Origin: a virus
IMG/VR virus record: IMGVR_UViG_3300022758_000022
Location: 1 to 6,358 of that record
DNA: 6,358 nucleotides
Strand: one strand, 5' to 3'
Part shown: piece after piece, positions 4,845-6,358 of the stretch
Layout: each line of letters opens with the position of its first letter
Numbering within the stretch: position 1 is the stretch's first letter
Notes under the pieces: model-generated
Database searches by the model: none
The model's input: the letters and a program-made list of their open reading frames with translations, nothing else
Told to the model about the DNA's origin: nothing
Position numbers and translations under genes: made by a program

Positions 4845-6358
4845 TTAAATATTCAACAATAAACCACTAAGATCATTAAATTCCTTATGTTTAACCTTAT
4901 CCACGCACGCCTTCCGATTGTTGGCGGTCAACTCTTTAAGGAATTCTTGAGATAAAACGGGATCATATGAATAAGTACGTTTCTCAAACTCAGAAAAAGA
5001 TTCTGTCAATGTATAACCACCTTTATCAACAGTTCTAAATCTAGTAACAAATTGAGAATTAAGAACCTCATTAGAAACAGTACGATGAAACAAGAATGAA
5101 CGCTGATTATCATTACAATTCTCTAAAAACGCAAAGTAATCAGAAAGACGACGCCGAGCAAATTCATTCCAATAATTATCAGATGCATCCATAAGAGCAT
5201 AAATAGGATCTCGACGATAAACATCTACATATTCAAACAAATTCCAAAACCTAGCAGAGCGAATGACCATGTTGAAAAGTCTGTAAAATTTACTATAAAT
5301 TTGATCATAAGTAAGACAATGCCAATACTTACATTTAGGAGCGTCAAGACGAACAGTAGTAACTATTAGCTCATCATCAAAATGAATAAACCCTTTATCT
5401 TCACGGTCTAAGAAAAAATTAGTATACGCATGAGCAAGTTGAGATACAGGGGAAACAGACTTATCATAAGTTATGTCCAAATATCCGTAACGAATGAGCC
5501 TCTCGGGTGCAAAGAACGCAGCTGAAAATAAGAGAGCACTGCTATGTGCAGATTTGCAAACAAGATTCGAGAATCTAGGGAATACGGTATGTTTATACGA
5601 CCGTGTAGGGTAGATCTGCTTAACTTTACCATTAACAGAGAGGCTTTCTCCATTAAGGAGGATAGAGGACATTTTGTCAAGTTCATGTATCGTGGCTTGA
5701 GTGGGAAAGACATGATTGTTTGAATATCCTTTAGAGTGGAGGGAACGCGCTCTAATCTCTTTGTGCTGGAGATATAATGAAGGTAAGCATACATTGCTAT
5801 TAACATACGACGCAACGTAGGAAGCAGAGCCTCCTCGCGATAGTTCACAAGTTGTACGACCGTAGGACCAACTCTCAGATACAAGTTGCCGTATAACCGA
5901 GGAGAGTTCGTCCGAGTTAAAGAATAATAACAAATGCCAATGCGGACGGTATGTCCGAGGACCATATTCTGATACACCGTAAAAACGTATTTCTTCATTG
6001 TATTTATTTTTTGAATGAAATCTTAAACGCTTAAGAAATTTCTGACAATCAGAAGTATTACAATAAGGGATATAATTATCACAATCTTCAAAACGAGGAT
6101 AAACAACACATTTACGAAGAAAGTCATAACGTCCATGACTCTTAACAATAATATCCTGGTATTCAAGAGAAGTCATAGAATGAGTAATTTCAAAAAAAGG
6201 ATCTTCTATAATTCTATCCTTACCATTAAAAACAGGAATACGTAAATTCCTATTAACAGAAGAGAAAGAATAACTAAAACGATTATTATCCAAAGAATCT
6301 ACAGATTTAAGTTCTATATAAGGAAGATACTGATCTTCATAAGAAAGCCAAACAAAAA
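4845..6358 (-). CDS. VP4: Replication initiation protein VP4 (HUH endonuclease), main part. The frame is open to the window end and continues at 127..314 through the circular junction. Full length is 566 aa.
   Basis: TAA at 4845..4847. The HUH motif RPHWHLLLF has HWH at 5934..5942. The paired catalytic tyrosines SYVASYVNS have Tyr codons at 5817..5819 and 5805..5807. The track's start at 6293 is a TTG inside the continuous frame. Confidence 0.93.
   Translation of the reverse strand, partial: FVWLSYEDQYLPYIELKSVDSLDNNRFSYSFSSVNRNLRIPVFNGKDRIIEDPFFEITHSMTSLEYQDIIVKSHGRYDFLRKCVVYPRFEDCDNYIPYCNTSDCQKFLKRLRFHSKNKYNEEIRFYGVSEYGPRTYRPHWHLLLFFNSDELSSVIRQLVSESWSYGRTTCELSRGGSASYVASYVNSNVCLPSLYLQHKEIRARSLHSKGYSNNHVFPTQATIHELDKMSSILLNGESLSVNGKVKQIYPTRSYKHTVFPRFSNLVCKSAHSSALLFSAAFFAPERLIRYGYLDITYDKSVSPVSQLAHAYTNFFLDREDKGFIHFDDELIVTTVRLDAPKCKYWHCLTYDQIYSKFYRLFNMVIRSARFWNLFEYVDVYRRDPIYALMDASDNYWNEFARRRLSDYFAFLENCNDNQRSFLFHRTVSNEVLNSQFVTRFRTVDKGGYTLTESFSEFEKRTYSYDPVLSQEFLKELTANNRKACVDKVKHKEFNDLSGLLLNI
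5471..5998 (-). CDS. Candidate overprinted gene (175 codons) in the +1 frame inside Rep; hypothetical
   Basis: ATG at 5996..5998 and TAA at 5471..5473, on the same strand as Rep but shifted one nucleotide. It is more than twice as long as any other same-strand alternative-frame ORF in the track (next longest 84 aa). The predicted product is basic and Leu/Arg-rich. Confidence 0.3.
   Translation of the reverse strand: MKKYVFTVYQNMVLGHTVRIGICYYSLTRTNSPRLYGNLYLRVGPTVVQLVNYREEALLPTLRRMLIAMYAYLHYISSTKRLERVPSTLKDIQTIMSFPLKPRYMNLTKCPLSSLMEKASLLMVKLSRSTLHGRINIPYSLDSRILFANLHIAVLSYFQLRSLHPRGSFVTDIWT
6232..6358. repeat. Terminal direct repeat, copy 2 (circular-genome assembly overlap)
   Basis: Same 127-nt string as 1..127. 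It implies a circular unit of 6231 nt. Confidence 0.97.

Noticed and set aside
6291-6293. TTG start of the Rep ORF as given in the track, and likewise the TTG at 2909..2911 for the scaffold-like ORF
   Set aside because: The Rep frame is open upstream across the circular junction to an ATG at 314. For the scaffold-like gene an ATG lies two codons downstream, at 2903..2905. The TTG calls are artefacts of longest-ORF logic and the linear breakpoint.

Overview
This window is a complete circular ssDNA phage genome of the family Microviridae. It looks Alpavirinae-like, i.e. the Bacteroidales-associated gut microvirus type, and has been linearised inside its replication gene. Bases 1..127 are identical to 6232..6358, so the true unit length is 6231 nt. 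All credible genes lie on the minus strand, which is therefore the T-rich virion/mRNA-sense strand. In transcription order they are: Rep/VP4 (ATG at 314, running across the circular junction to a stop at 4845, 566 aa), major capsid VP1 (4834..2918), a 169-aa Cys-cluster plus acidic scaffold-like protein (2905..2396), pilot/minor capsid VP2 (2393..1284), a 385-nt non-coding region (1283..899), and three tightly packed orphan ORFs of 66, 65 and 57 aa (898..317) that end 2 nt before the Rep start. The ORF track missed the 57-aa ORF. I see no tRNA, rRNA, CRISPR array, integrase or recognisable lysin. Three things deserve a second look. (1) A roughly 260-nt G+C-rich, hairpin-dense island (1020..1283) sits in an otherwise A+T-rich genome. 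It carries an octamer identical to the phiX174 origin nick-site core on the virion-sense strand. (2) A 175-codon ORF (5471..5998) is overprinted in the +1 frame on the catalytic core of Rep. (3) The small-ORF cassette includes a 65-aa single-pass membrane protein that is a candidate single-gene lysis or membrane effector. Every functional call comes from reading the translated sequences and motifs by eye. No database search was run.
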